Positions 1 to 13,728 are shown, numbered from the stretch's first letter. The stretch is DNA of 64,000 nt from Phoronis australis (GCA_002633005.1 NMRA01000167.1:550460-614459), one strand, 5' to 3'. Numbers and translations are program-made. The notes: a model not told the origin generated them from the letters alone.

Positions 1-420
1 TGTACTGCAATTTAAGCCTTTTACAAATACATGTACAGTGCGATTCTCACGAACCGCATCTGTTTCCAGTTCTAGTCGCCTACAGCAATATTTGGTACAC
101 TGTACCAAAAATGTGCTACATAGTGCCAGGCACGTGTAACTCCGGTGGCGTCTGTGAACTGCGGAACGAACAGCGGTTTATGAAAACAGAACTTATGTAA
201 TAGGACTACAATCACAAGAAAATAATCGAAGTTCACGAGAAAAAACGACTCTGTGCACGAGAAAAAACGACTGGGTGCAAAATATAAGACGGTTAAAGGA
301 CGTTACCAACGAGATACGTAGTTTTCTGAAATCCTCATCAGTGTGGTATCAGTCTAAGACTGTCAGTCGGCTTGCGGAGATAAATCGCACTTGAAAATTG
401 CAGTGTTTGAAGCGCATTTA

Positions 421-570
421 CAGCGGCAGATCCAGGATTTTGAGTTGGGGGGCAGGGCAGAGTATTTAGACAGAATATTGCTCGTCAGAGACATTCGCAC
501 CATGGGACTGCCACATGGAATCTGGGAGAATTTTAGGAGGAGGGCTCGCCCCCCTCAAAATCCGCCACTC
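421..570 (-). mobile_element. MITE family A copy (CAGTGGCGGAT-type termini), degenerate 5-bp TSD ATTTA/AGTTA
   Basis: Its reverse complement aligns along its length with 25617-25769. Confidence 0.75.
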
Positions 571-1374
571 AGTTAACTGGCGAAGTCACCGTTCTTGATT
601 TCAGCGATGTCTTGCAAATAACGGCGAGAATTGATGATTTTTAAAACGTGATTTTTCTAAAGATCTAATCAATGCTAAGGTCTTAGTTGGTTTTCTTGAT
701 TTGGCCAGATCAGTAAATAGGACATAATGTACATGTAGCTTTAAATTCAAACGTGCGGAAAGTTGAATGAAAAAGATTCATAGATCACCATAGATTGACT
801 CTTCGATTATGTCTCTGTTGAAGAATAATCAATACAGATTATAAGAAACGAAACAAAACAGGCCACTCTGTTATTACGTTATTGTGTCAATTATGAAAAT
901 GAGGCTGGCCTCCCGTTCTCCTGCAAGGAATCCTTTTCGTCCTCTTTTATTGCATGCACATTTGAAAACGGCATTATCCCCGCGCTGTCTGACATTATAA
1001 GACCACTAACTGTGTAAAATCTGCCATGTTTTATTCCTACTCAGTTTATAAGTGACCTTGGTGACGCAGTGACCTGAACTTCATGAGCTTGGGTCTAAAT
1101 AAGTAACGAACTGCCATTATTTCGAATCCTGAACAATTAGTCAACGATTTGACCAAATTCATAACCGTGAGTGACCAAAATCGAACGTGCTTTTTCGTGA
1201 CTTCAGGTTATAAGTGATCGAAATCAACGGTGATTTTTGTGACGGAAGGTGGACCGTTTGTATAATCTCACTCCGTCAGTGTTGTTAGTGATCAAGGCGG
1301 GTAGCACGAATGTAAGAAGACAACAAGGTCACCACGCATAAACACGCGAGTGAAGAGCGAGTGTTTCGCCAGTA

Positions 1375-1495
1375 CATGGGGGCTAAATCTCCCCAGCCCC
1401 CAGTGGTTCACCACTTATAGACCATGTGCGGCGTAGCACAAAAAGGTGGGGGTTATAGCCCCCTCCCCCCCAACCCCTATGGTGCGCCGCCCATG
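1375..1495. mobile_element. MITE family B composite copy (CATGGG...CCCATG), 5-bp TSD CAGTA
   Basis: CAGTA at 1370-1374 and 1496-1500; the internal unit 1423-1495 matches 9731-9808 and 31985-32054. Confidence 0.75.
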
Positions 1496-1703
1496 CAGTA
1501 TGCTTGAGACTTAACAAGCGTCCTTTTATTATTGAGCAAAATGGCTGCCACCTAGTGATTGGTCGGTGAGGTTGAAATATTGAAGCCTGTGGGTATAAAG
1601 AATTGCCGGTCCGTTTCCTGCTGCAAATTAGTAGGCGAATTAAGGTTTCTCGCCTGCGTGTTTCGCAAATTTCTGGGGTCTTCGAAACTCCAACCTGGCA
1701 TGT

Positions 1704-4288
1704 AGACTTTTTGATTTGTAGATAACCGTTGTATATACCCTTTAATAAACGAAACCGGGTTGAAGCACATGAGTTGTTGTCAGACCTCAATCAGTACATG
1801 CTGAAACGGTTTCGCATGTTCCATTCATTTTAGCCCCAGGTCTCACTATGACTATTTTTTATCCCAATCATTCTTGTTTTCTTTGCAGTTTTATGTTTTT
1901 TACTTATTTCATAATATTTATATGAGGGTACGTCGGTTGCTTTAGTAGTTTAGCAGAATCCACTCGTTCTGTTTCCGGTAGATTTAAAGTTAAATGTACG
2001 TGCAGCGCCACCTACGAAAACTATTACTCGACTTGTGTCTATGGACTGAATGGAGTTCAGCGGTTATGTCAACAGAGAGGGTTCTTTGCCCCTACCTTGA
2101 TTCATTCAAGTTTGAAGTTTGGTATTCTGGCTGAGCGTGATTAGTATTTGAATCGCCTTGGGCTTTAACTCACCATTCAAACTAGCTATCTAAATTGACT
2201 TTTGAGTCAGTCAAATCCGAGGCAGTCCGTCGATTTCATCAAAATGATATTGATTACAAAGGAGAGGCGCGCTGGGAAAGCGCACGTATCTTACATGTTC
2301 ATGTACCTTCACTAATATGAAAAAATAAACTCATACGGCATCAACATTGCCAGGGGCCGGTTTAACGAAGGGTTTATTGGTTTTTGCCTAAAATCAGTTT
2401 ACGTAAACAGGCTAAGGCTGAAAGCAGACAATCTGGCTACAGCTCAATGTCAAAAGTCAGTCTGCTCTACTATAAAGAAGACAAAACGTTTCCAAAATGC
2501 AAAAATATCAGCTATTCGTTTTCAGATTTCTGAATTTTGACTTAAGTCAAAAGACAAGAACCAATAGTCTCGTTGACAGACATGCACCGGTTCTATTCTC
2601 TCTCAGAATTCACTAGCACACTATGTCACTAACCCGCAATGTACGCAGCAGTTGCTCAATATCATCAAAAAACTAATCGCCTTTTTAAGGTTTTCAAAAT
2701 AACGAGCCAATTTCAAACTTTCGCCATGTTCGCATGAGTATAATTTTACGATTCCTATATAATGTCTTTATCTTATCCCAGCTCCAAATATTGAATAACT
2801 CATATCACAATGAAAATAAACATGACTATGTTTTCTCCTCAGAAATCATGACCCTCAAGTGACGTAGCGACGAATGTAGGAGAAATTCGCCTCTTTCCTA
2901 ACGCCAAGTACGCAGTAGGCTTCGTGTAATATAAATAACAGTCTTTGTTCTGACTGTATTGAATTCCTAATTTGGAAACTTACTGAGTNAGACTTTTTGA
3001 TTTGTAGATAACCGTTGTATACACCCTTTAATAAACGAAACCGGGTTGAGGCACATGAAATGTTGTCAGACCGACCTCAATCAGTACATGTACATGCTGA
3101 AACGGTTTCGCATGTTCCATTCATTTTAGCCCCAGGTCTCACTATGACTATTTTTTATCCCAATCATTCTTGTTTTCTTTGCAGTTTTATGTTTTTTACT
3201 TATTTCATAATATTTATACGGGGGTACGTTGGTTGCTTTAGTAGTTTAACAGAATCCCACTCGTTCTGTTTCCGGTAGATTTAAAGTTAAATGTACGTGC
3301 AGCGCCACCTACGAAAACTATAACTCGACTTGTGTCTGTGGACTGAATGGAGTTCAGCGGTTATGTCAACAGAGAGGGTTCTTTGCCCCCACCTTGATTC
3401 ATTCAAGTTTGAAGTTTGGTATTCTGGCTGAGCGTGATTAGTATTTGAATCGCCTTGGGCTTTAACTCACAATCCAAACTAGCTATTTAAATTGACTTTT
3501 GAGTCAGCCAAATCCGAGGCAGTCCGTCGATTTCGTCAAAATGATATTGATAACAAAGGAGAGGCGCGCTGGGAAAGCGCACGTATCTTACATGTTCATG
3601 TACCTTCACTAATATGAAAAAATAAACTCATACGGCATCCGTTGCCAGGGGCCGGCCGGGTTTAACGAAGGGTTTATTGATTTTTGCCTAAAATCAGTTT
3701 ACGTAAACAGGCTAAGGCTGAAACCAGACAATCTGGCTACAGCTCAATGTCAAAAGTCAGTCTGCTCTACTATAAAGAAGACAAAACGTTCCCAAAACGC
3801 AAAAATATCAGCTATTCGTTTTCAGATTTCTGACTTTTGACTTAAGTCAAAAGACAAGTACCAATAGTCTCGTTGACAGACATGCACCGGGTCTATTCTC
3901 TCTCAGAATTCACTAGCACACTATGTCACTAACCCGCAATGTACGCAGCAGTTCCTCAACATTATCAAAAAATTAATCGCCTTTTTAAGGTGTTCAAAAT
4001 AACGAGCCAATTTCAAACTTTCGTCATGTTCGCATGAGTATAATTTTACGATTCCTATATAATGTCTTTATCTTATCCCAGCTCCAAATATTGAATAACT
4101 CATATCACAATGAAAATAAACATGACTATGTTTTCTCCTCAGAAATCATGACCCTCAAGTGACATAGCGACGAATGTAGGAGAAATTCGCCTCTTTCCTA
4201 ACGCCAAGTACGCAGTAGGCTTCGTGTAATATAAATAACAGTCTTTGTTCTGACTGTATTGAATTCCTAATTTGGAAACTTACTGAGT
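1704..4288. repeat. 1.3-kb near-identical tandem duplication (1704-2988 / 2990-4288) across a single N; probable redundant haplotype
   Basis: The copies abut exactly at N2989 and differ by scattered SNPs and small indels. Confidence 0.9.
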
Positions 4289-5519
4289 TGAATAACCTAT
4301 TTCTGTTGACATCCGCAGTTTAACAACGTAAGATGCTGATATATGCTCATATTTCATCGCAAACGGTTTGAATCGGGATGTTCATCACCTTCACGTAAGG
4401 ACAAGAAGGCCATCATTTAACTACAAGGGATAGCTGGAATAGGAAAAACTGACAGAAAATTTTCGTACTTCACTTTTTAATTTAATATTAAATCAAAAAA
4501 AATTAAAAATGAACAGTTTTCAATATTTTCAACAAAGTATTAAAATGCCACAAAGGAAGACAGCAGTAAGCATCCGGTACTAGCAGGTTTAATTAGTCAA
4601 CTTCTTCTTTTCTTAAAGAACAATAATGATGTTTGGCAGATACACTCAAAATGAGTATAACAGGCTCAGCACTTGCTCAAAACTGTTAGCGTGGGCAAGC
4701 AAATAACACCATCGGAAGGACTTGGATTATCCTGAAAGAATCAACTGCTTCGAATAAATCGCTGCATGGTGATCTCTCATTCCTTTTAAAGATAGAAACC
4801 AATTGTAAGGAACATTCTGACAAACTAGTTTGTCAAAGTCAATCAGCTTTCTTTAAGACGACAGGTAAGCTAACAGAGGTAAAGGTGATGCGCGGGGTCG
4901 GCAAAGATTTACATGTATGCATGTATTTCCGCTACAAGATTTAAGAAAATATCGGACCCTGCGACGTGTTGATTTTAACCCCAGAAATCAATAGGGTTCC
5001 GTGATACACGCTTGTCTTCGCATTCTAAAAGTTAAATGTACCAGAATGGTTGACAATAGATGGATAGAATGAACAGTCGAGGGCATTCATAAGAATCTCA
5101 CGAGTAGAGCTAGTTTAGTCACGTACTTCGCTTGCAACGTTTGGCGACATGTACATGTATTGCATGACCTTACATCTTACGGCGAGGTTCTCGCGTCTAC
5201 GGAACGGTGTCCAGATTACCAGAGAGGGTACAGTTTACATCCAGGGTCGCGTTCCGTCGACTCAAGACGCTTGGAAAAATAGGTGATCACGTGTTTCGAT
5301 GGCGATATCCCGCGAAGACTAGCGTGATCTCGCTTTTCTCGCTTTGCAGTCCAGGATTACAGCAGACCAGTCACACGATACGGTCCTTCGTAACACGAGT
5401 CAGTCACACGCGTGAGTGCGCAGGATTGTACAATTATCACAGATAGCCAACAATATCATTTAGAGGACATATCCAGACATCTCTAATCTCTCTAATTTAA
5501 ATGATGGTGCTGTTTCAAT

Positions 5520-5688
5520 CGCCTTATTCGTGCAGTAGCCATTTTAGTAGTGAGCCCCTTTTTAGGTTCAAAAAACAATGCATTTGAGACCTAAATATAT
5601 CGAGGCGCGCGAAAAAGTCACGCTTTGCGCTGAGATTAAAACCTAAACAGAGGCTCACTTTTAAAGTGGCCACTGCGTGAATAAGGTG
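5520..5688. mobile_element. MITE with about 38-bp imperfect TIRs
   Basis: CCTTATTCGTGCAGTAGCCATTTTAGTAGTGAGCC versus GGCTCACTTTTAAAGTGGCCACTGCGTGAATAAGG. Confidence 0.7.
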
Positions 5689-8405
5689 TTTACACTCAAT
5701 TTTTCAAATGAGAAGATTACAATGATATTATTGTCGCTAACAGCGAATAAGTATACAGGTTGTATTTCTAACAGAAAATTATAGGAGACAGTGCTACTAA
5801 AATAGCGCTATAATATGATCCTTCTAGTTAGCAGACTGGAAATAGCCAATAGCAGATTTAACGCTAGCAGCAGATATAGTTCTACCATAAAAACGTAGGA
5901 ATCTCAAAATTAGCAGATAACGCTACAAGTTCTAATGGCGTTATACTCGACCATTATATCAAACGGTTTAATCATGTTATTTATAGTCTCTTTAGTAGCG
6001 GTCATTTATGCGAAGATTCTTACAAATGTGATACGGAATTTAAGACCGCCTAATAAAGATGCGCAGATTGCTGTAAATTGACAAAAACTTATGACGGAAG
6101 TTCGATACCCCACCGACGTCGAAACCAAGTCTTGTAATTGTTAGGTAAAATTGTGCACGTGAACCTTTGTGATTTCATATCGCTTTATCGCGGGTTGGTA
6201 ATATCAACGTTTAAAAGTTAACGACAGGCAGTGTTTTTGACAACTGTAATCGAGGTTTTATCTCGATGTCAGGCAGTTATAATTTGTAAGTCCAAGTGGT
6301 TCGAACTAAGTGCGTGTTCTGTTTTTTTATTCGATATTTAAAATTCGCTGTCTCTCACAAAAAATACCCTTTGATTTTGACCGGTTTCAAGTATGATTTT
6401 TATCCCCAATTCCTCCAAAGTCAAATCAGATACAGTCAGATACGTTTTCCTGGTTTGGATGGAATAAGACCCGGCTCTTCAACTTGACTTGACACGACGA
6501 GTCATGTTCTGGCGTGTCGAGCAAGATCTCAGGCGGCAATAAAATAGCATAGCCTTTTTCCAAGCCAAGAAACCACTTCATATCTAAATTAGGGACAGGC
6601 TGAGGGAAGTTTTGTAGCGCTGAGAGGTGTAAACCACAACTTTGACGAAAAACTCATTTGTAGCCGCTTTCATAGATTTGATCATCGCCTGAACCTATTT
6701 GGAACGTACTCGCATGCCCTCAGTATACATGAAGCCTACGAAAAATTGGAGTCACGCTACGGTGAAATATTTTACCGCTACATTTGAAATTTACACCGAC
6801 AAGATATGCCATGCGTCCCTGGCGCATGCTAAAAATGTTCTGCCTAAAACTGAAAACCAAGGGAAGCTAATACACGTAGAGTTTACGATCATTTGATGAT
6901 CTTTATTACCGTGCTTCAAAAGAGTTTCCCACATATCCTTCTGAAAACTTTAGGTACTTATATGTGATCAAGAAACAAGGACGTGTTTCTTGTAGACTTT
7001 CTCGAAGTGAAGAGAACAAATAACAGATGTCACTGTTGGTCACTTTCTAACAACACAACAACCGATTGGGCGTTGATTTTCGACGTTGTACTAGACTTGG
7101 AGCGTTGCCCTTCACAAATGAGAAGCTTCGGTTGTATTCGGACAGAGGTACATGTACGTACAAAGTAAAAGGTGAAAGGTTATGAACGAAAATTCGAACT
7201 TTTATTGACCACGCCATAGTAGATACTCCGGCTGCTGTCTTCGATTCATGACAATCTTTATCGAGCATTCGTTCTAGCAGTTTTGAACATTGGTCTCTCT
7301 GCAACGAGCGGATCAATTCGCATGCAATTTTACACAGTTATTTATTGAGGGAAAGTGTCTTCGATGAACGGAAACATCAGCGATCAAATAGAAAGACCAG
7401 GGTTGTTATTCTAGAGAAAGACCTAGGTGGGTGATATCACTGCTGTATCAAGGTGAATAGAAAAATTGAAAAAACATTTCCCTACGTGTTAACAGTAAAA
7501 ATAAAATAAAACACGAGGTCGCCCGCAGTTTAAAGGTTTTCTAGAAGTTCATGATCACTAACTAAATCATCAATGACTCAGAAAATGAATGCTTGAGATG
7601 AAAGTGGACAGTTTAAAAATACTTTTGATCAACTGTGAATGGACTTACCTAAAAGAAACACTTTCCGCTTCATTTTAGTTAGAAAATATAGAAACGAACT
7701 TATTCACGAATTAGACCTGTCGAAGCGTATTTCTTGCAGCCGGGGGTGTCCTATAGAAGAGCTATACATGACGTACCTCTCAGAACTGTGTACAAAATGG
7801 TATTTTTTCATTGCTGCTGAGATGGGCAAGAGTTGTAATTTCCGTTCAACCTTCAGTTACATATGTGTCTATACGTCAGCTTCAGTAGCAGTGCTGTTAA
7901 CAGTGCGAGAGGTGATCTGTTGAGCGTTCACTGACGTATCCACTATTTGTTGTTTATGATAACCGGCCAAATCAACCAATAGAGCAAAACACCTGTATGT
8001 TACGTAAATTAGTAGTGTTGAGATATAAATTAAAGTTAATGCAGCTTGTTTATCCTTTCTTCCAAGAAATATACATTGAGAAAAGTACCATGTCGAGAAT
8101 CTGGTTTTGAAAGGGAGTTGTCTCTCCATTGCGGAGCTTTAAGTTTGAGCTTATTAATTGCACGTGAGTTGTAAAAAATAAGACGGAAGCAATAACATGT
8201 GTGTGACATGTCTTCACGTGTTCTCTCTAATGTCATAGCATACAATGCCATTTTAGAACGGTGAATAATCTCCAACAGGGCCCAGTTGCATAAAACTTAT
8301 ACGCTGCATAGCAACAATGACGTCGCATTATCACGTGTCACGTTGTTTTTGTTGAACAATTCACCTGGCGTCAAGCAGCAACCAAACTTATCCACAGCGG
8401 ATAAG

Positions 8406-8671
8406 CATGCGCGCACCCAACCTTCAATTTGGGGGGGCTCGAATTCCCGGCGTCGTGGACCATTTGCTTTTTGCTTACAAAAGAGCGGGCGGACCAAAAA
8501 AAAAAGAAAAAAAGGCAGCACCACTGTGAATCGCGCATTTGGCTTATTTAGTAAACATTTTGTTTCATTTCCTTGGACTTTTTGTCTCTCGGTGGCGGAC
8601 CTTTTTGCCCACTTCGCCAAATGGGGGGCTCTTTCGAGCCCTCGAGCCCCCCCCCCCTGTGTGCGCGCATG
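8406..8671. mobile_element. MITE (CATGCGCGCAC...GTGCGCGCATG), 5-bp TSD ATAAG
   Basis: Perfect 11-bp TIR; ATAAG at 8401-8405 and 8672-8676; G-run and C-run subtermini. Confidence 0.85.
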
Positions 8672-9730
8672 ATAAGTTTGAAGTTTTATGCATCCAACCC
8701 AGGTCTGTTTAGTCAGTCCGCCCTATCAAAACATAGAAGAATATCTCAAGTGACAGAACATCAAGATTCTAGCTTTGAGAATGCGCTTTTCAGAAAATGA
8801 TTGTACCGGAGATGATAATTCGTTCAAGTTCGGTGTAGGCATGATATAAAAATTCCGTTTACATTGAATTGTTAAACTGTCTTATTCGCCAATCCGGGTT
8901 TAGCAACTTTGAACCTAGTGGTAAATTCCTTTATAACATACATGTACATGTACGAGTGCATGTATCTTACACGACATGTTTTCCATGCAGCTGTGTGAAA
9001 CGTACAGTGTATTAGCAATAAACACCTGTATAACTAAATTATTGGCTGTCTCACTAGGGCTGTTCCCAAATCGGCAGAATTCAAAACAGTGCCTCGTATT
9101 AACCCAGAGGAGGTGACGACACATATCTTGATAATTAAGCTCTCTTCATGTCTGCTTATCTAACTTGTGTAGTACGTAAACAGTTACTTTGAAATATTTC
9201 GCCCGTACCATCTGGGAATAGAGTGAGTAAATTAACGCGAAGTTTGAACAAGTATCATTGTTATAGAAGTCAATTGACTTCAGGTTGCAAAGAACTACGC
9301 GCACATGAAAGCGTGCTCGTAAAACGCCGTTTATGGGACTTTTGCCAAGGGTGGGGGGAGGGGGGCTGCGCTGTTTAGATACCAGCCCTTTAAATCGGAG
9401 ACAGTTTCTCTAAATGTCACCTTTTCGCGAATGTTTGTTTTCATATAATCAATCTTTTGTACACTTTCATTGAATAAAAATTCAATATATAACGTTTAGG
9501 ATTGTATTTCAACAAAAATAAACGGAACACGGAACTTTTTAGTAGAGTCAAAGGCAGATCAATATTTTATGAAATAATGTTCCATTAAAAAGATGAGCTC
9601 TTTAAGACAATGTTTTTCACAAGCACAGTGTAAAAAGAGCATGCAACCTTAACTAGGCCTACTGATTAACGTAGGATCTGTCATTTTTCACATAATCTTG
9701 TTGAAGCTTCCCGTGACTTCAACCGATGTG

Positions 9731-9808
9731 CATGGGCGCCGGAGCAATGGAAAAAGTGGCGGGCTATAGCCCCCCGCCCCCAAAGCCCCCTATGGTACGC
9801 CGCCCATG
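9731..9808. mobile_element. MITE family B copy, TSD ATGTG/ATATG
   Basis: CATGGGCG...CGCCCATG TIR; internal AAAAAGTGG..GCTATAGCCCC..CCCCTATGGT shared with other copies. Confidence 0.8.
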
Positions 9809-11598
9809 ATATGACCTGCTATGAAGAACGAAATGCACATGTGCTTTTACACGATTACGGGCAAGCAACACTCAAGAAGTGAAGACACCCGGAGAACATT
9901 TTTTTCTAATTATCCTTTTAATGAAAGCACAAGTGGAACGTTGAATGAAGTGCGCTGAGAGAATCATAAGTCAAATGGGAAAATTACCAGTATTTGGGTC
10001 TTGGCTTCGCATTCCACGGGTGGTTTGAGGTCCCAGACGTCGCTGCCAAGCGCAGTGGCGTGAAAGAGTTCACATGTGACAGGCTTTTCTGTTTGTTAAC
10101 TTTTGTGTATCGATTGACAGTTTTTCGTGACAACGTGGGTAACGATTTGCAAGAGATATGCACACTTACAGTACATGTATATCTGATGATTAGGGCGTAC
10201 ACATTTCTTAAATTTCTATATCCTTTCAAACGACGGAGATATCAACCTTCAAAATAAAGAACTGGGATGGTGTTTCAAAAAAGATTGTATGATGGCATTA
10301 TAAAAATGGATGAAGTAAAAAAGCTTGGGCCTACCCTCCCGTCAGATTTATTTCTCTAGTTGCTGGGGCTAATCGGGGTTACCTGAACAACACGGTTGTA
10401 GCATTCACAAACACAGTTCATTCACCTGAAACGCGATCTGTTGCGGTGCATCAAGATTACGTGTAATAATTTCCCGAATGTCCGAGAGGATTTGTGGTAC
10501 ACATAATCGCTGGAACTTAAATGTGTCGGACAACGTACTCATACAAGTGAATGAGTAGAAAACTAGTGATGAAATCTAAGGTATATGGCAAGGGGAAATA
10601 AAACATGACTATTTTTCTATGTTTTTGTTTATCGCTATGGTTGAAAACGAGGATTCGCTGGATTCGCCTATGAGGGTCCTATAACAAATCTGTACCTTTG
10701 CTAAATTTCTAACAATATTGTAATGTAGACAACCATTTTGTAGAAATTACATCAGAAAAAAACAACACTCTAGGGAATTTCGTCGTGAGCACCTTCTATG
10801 GAGTAACCATTGAGATTTGTGTTCGTGTAAAAGTAGAGAACAGCTGATTTAGAACTGTTTGTTTCCAGTAACAGCACATAACGACAAACGCAAATGAAGG
10901 AATGCATGGTTTTGACAAGTACACGAACATACGCATGGGGCACATACTCGCGCACACGCACGCAGGGTAACGCCCAGGCACTTCGAAACAGTGACTAACA
11001 TCCAAAAAACAAAAGAGGCAAAGAGGACCGCCGTCTACTGATTCACATTTTCTAAAATAGAGACACAATTATATTCGGACGCATTGTCGCATCTGCTTCT
11101 TAAAAGTTTTAGCCGTTAGCAACATTCCTGAGTCTCTGGCAGAAATTACGTCTCATTCGTATATTTTACCGAAGAGAAATTTAGGTTTTGAAAATAGCAA
11201 CTGATTTACTGTAAACCACAACCTGTTCGTTACAACGCAACCCCAAAAAGAGTGAGTTTATAAAATGCACGTATGAATGTTGGATATCAATTGTGACTAG
11301 AAACTCGTTTATGGCGACAATTTGATGAAGAAAACTTCTGTCTGGAACCAGTTTAATCTCGAATCATGAGTAAACTAAACGGAGCAAGCATACACTACGG
11401 TCCACCACTTTGATAAATCAATAATATTAAGCTTTGATTCCCGATCAGCTCACGTGTCGTGTTTTGTAAAGATGCATACGTTTGTTCGCAGTGCTAACAT
11501 TTTGGGTAATAAAACCTCATGTTTCTGGAAAGTGGAAACTTGTGCACCCAAATCCAGCCGTAGAATTAGTAAAGGGTGGAGAAAACATACCTGTAACA

Positions 11599-11645
11599 AA
11601 GTGTTGCGCAAGTGTTGCGCAAGTGTTGCGCAAGTGTTGCGCAAG
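11599..11645. repeat. 11-bp tandem repeat (AAGTGTTGCGC) x4
   Basis: Four perfect copies. Confidence 0.92.
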
Positions 11646-11708
11646 ATTTACAATTACCGCCGGAGTAAAGCAAATCACAATTACATGTATCGGCAATACC
11701 TATTGATA

Positions 11709-11879
11709 CATATAGACTATTTCATGGCAAAGTCGTTATAACCCGTTATCTAGAGCCCGAGTGGAATTTGGAGAATTATCGCCCGAGGGGCGTTAGCCCC
11801 GAGGGTGATAATTCCACAAAATCCACGAGGGCTCTAGATAAGGGGAATAACGACTGAGAAAATGTAATAACCTATTTAT
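11709..11879. mobile_element. About 170-bp imperfect palindrome (foldback non-autonomous element)
   Basis: Arms AGTCGTTAT..TTATCTAGAGCCC..GTGGA..GAATTATC and their reverse complement around a GGGGC-GTTA-GCCCC apex. Confidence 0.75.
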
Positions 11880-12411
11880 GCAACATACTGAATGAGAAAA
11901 ATTGAAATGAATCGATCTACATACCTTTCTCAACTTGCCTCGGCTTTGTAACTAGGCCTACTTTCTATGTCAGAGGCCCGGGGTCGGAGGTCGTGACTTT
12001 TTAAGAAAAGCCGAGCTATTTTTTGTCAAATAATGCTTTTACTCAAAACAATTGAAAAATGAAACAAAATAGAAATAAAGTGAATCGATAAATTAAGGTT
12101 TAGCAACCCTTATAGCTTACTACACATTTTATCACGCTAAGCATTGACCGGGAAAGTATCGTCTGCTAGAGTACACTGTAGGTTACCACTAGTCAAAGGA
12201 TCCCGACGACACGATACCCGCATTCTTTCGGTGATTTACAAGTGAGAGAACACTAGAACAAAATTTGACTTAATTAAAATATCGTTTTTATGGAAATTAT
12301 GCGTCTTATTTTTCATAGCGTATAAATGTCGGTGCAATGCCCTTTGCTGAACATGCAATTGTTGCGCGTGCTCATTTAAGTATTGTATTTTCACGTTCGA
12401 TGACGTCAGCC

Positions 12412-12479
12412 GCTGAGTAGGTGTAGTGGTAAAGTCGGCGACTCTAAACTTGACGCCCGGGTTCGAATCCGGCCTCGGT
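12412..12479 (+). pseudogene. tRNA-like sequence (pseudo-tRNA or SINE head)
   Basis: Acceptor-like pairing GCTGAG/CTCGGT, A-box-like TAGGTGTAGTGG, B-box GGTTCGAATCC; D and anticodon stems do not pair well. Confidence 0.55.
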
Positions 12480-13728
12480 TTCCCGCCAAAATGTTATCTC
12501 ACTAGATAACTTTATGAGTTATTACACGGTTGTATCTGCCATTCGAGGCTAATATTGTGGTATAACATCGGTTTTAAAAGTCTACTGTGTTGTTTACTGT
12601 TATATACCCATACCAGATTGGCTGATATTAAACATAATGTCCCAAAGTAGTCCAAGCGCTGTCTTCGGACCAAAACAAATTTGTAATTTTCTCTAAACAC
12701 GTGTCGTCAAATGCACAGCACATATTACATGTGTGTACAATTATCTTCTGGTTTCAAATGACTGTGCAAAAAAACAAAGAAATTAACTATCCAATATTAC
12801 CCGCAGATTACCATCATGAATAATGGTTGATTTGGTAAGTATTATAATTCAGGCAGTGCTCTCTCCTGTACATACATGTATAGGAGATACTTCTCAAAAG
12901 AATTCAATAATGTCGTAACAGCAATTGTTTGACATCTAAACCAACTGAAACAACGCAAGTTTAAAGAATACAAGCCAGCTGAAGAGATTTCATAGAATTT
13001 TAAATATTTAACGACTTCATTGTGAACAGTTTTGTACCAATTCAGCTCCCTTCATTTTAACAAGCCAATCAAACCTGAGAAAAACGAATTTATCTAAGAC
13101 GTTTAATTATTGATTCTCTGGGTGGCCAGGGCACACGTGGAGCACATGAACCGGCTTTGGTAACAAGAGAGATTAATTACAGAAAACCTGCCTAGTTGAC
13201 TTTAAGATCATTTGGATCCGGTCAATATTTCTCTTCCAATTTCATTATTTTTCCTTTATAGTTAAGTTCAAACAATTTCCGACAAATCAACGGTAAAATT
13301 AAATCCTAAAAATGCGAAATGTGACATTAGCCAAGAAAGATCAATATTTGAGCAAAGAGAGAATTGCAATATTTTCGTCAATCCACGCACAGTGTGGCTT
13401 TCTCACCATTTGTTTGAGTTTTGAAAATTCATGACATTGTTTTACATGTTCAAGAGACCAGTTTAAAGACTAATTTGCAAAATTTTTAGTTCAAATTGTT
13501 AATGGTCTCATTTTAAAGCGTGATGGAAATGGCGATGATCTCGTTTTGAAATTACTTTAAATGTCCACCAGCGTGTGGCCAGGAAGCATGGGGCATGTTA
13601 ATTATCTCAGCATTCGAAAAAACTATTTTCCTCCCTTCACATTTTCCCTGGAATCATACGAAATACCTTAAGTATTTCCGTGGCCTCAAATGCATGCATG
13701 GCTTGGAATTGGACACGGTTAGCACCTG

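Noticed and set aside
12412-12479. Amber-suppressor or tRNA-Pyl-like gene (loop CTCTAAA)
   Set aside because: The anticodon and D stems do not pair and the body does not resemble tRNA-Pyl; treated as a pseudo-tRNA or SINE head.
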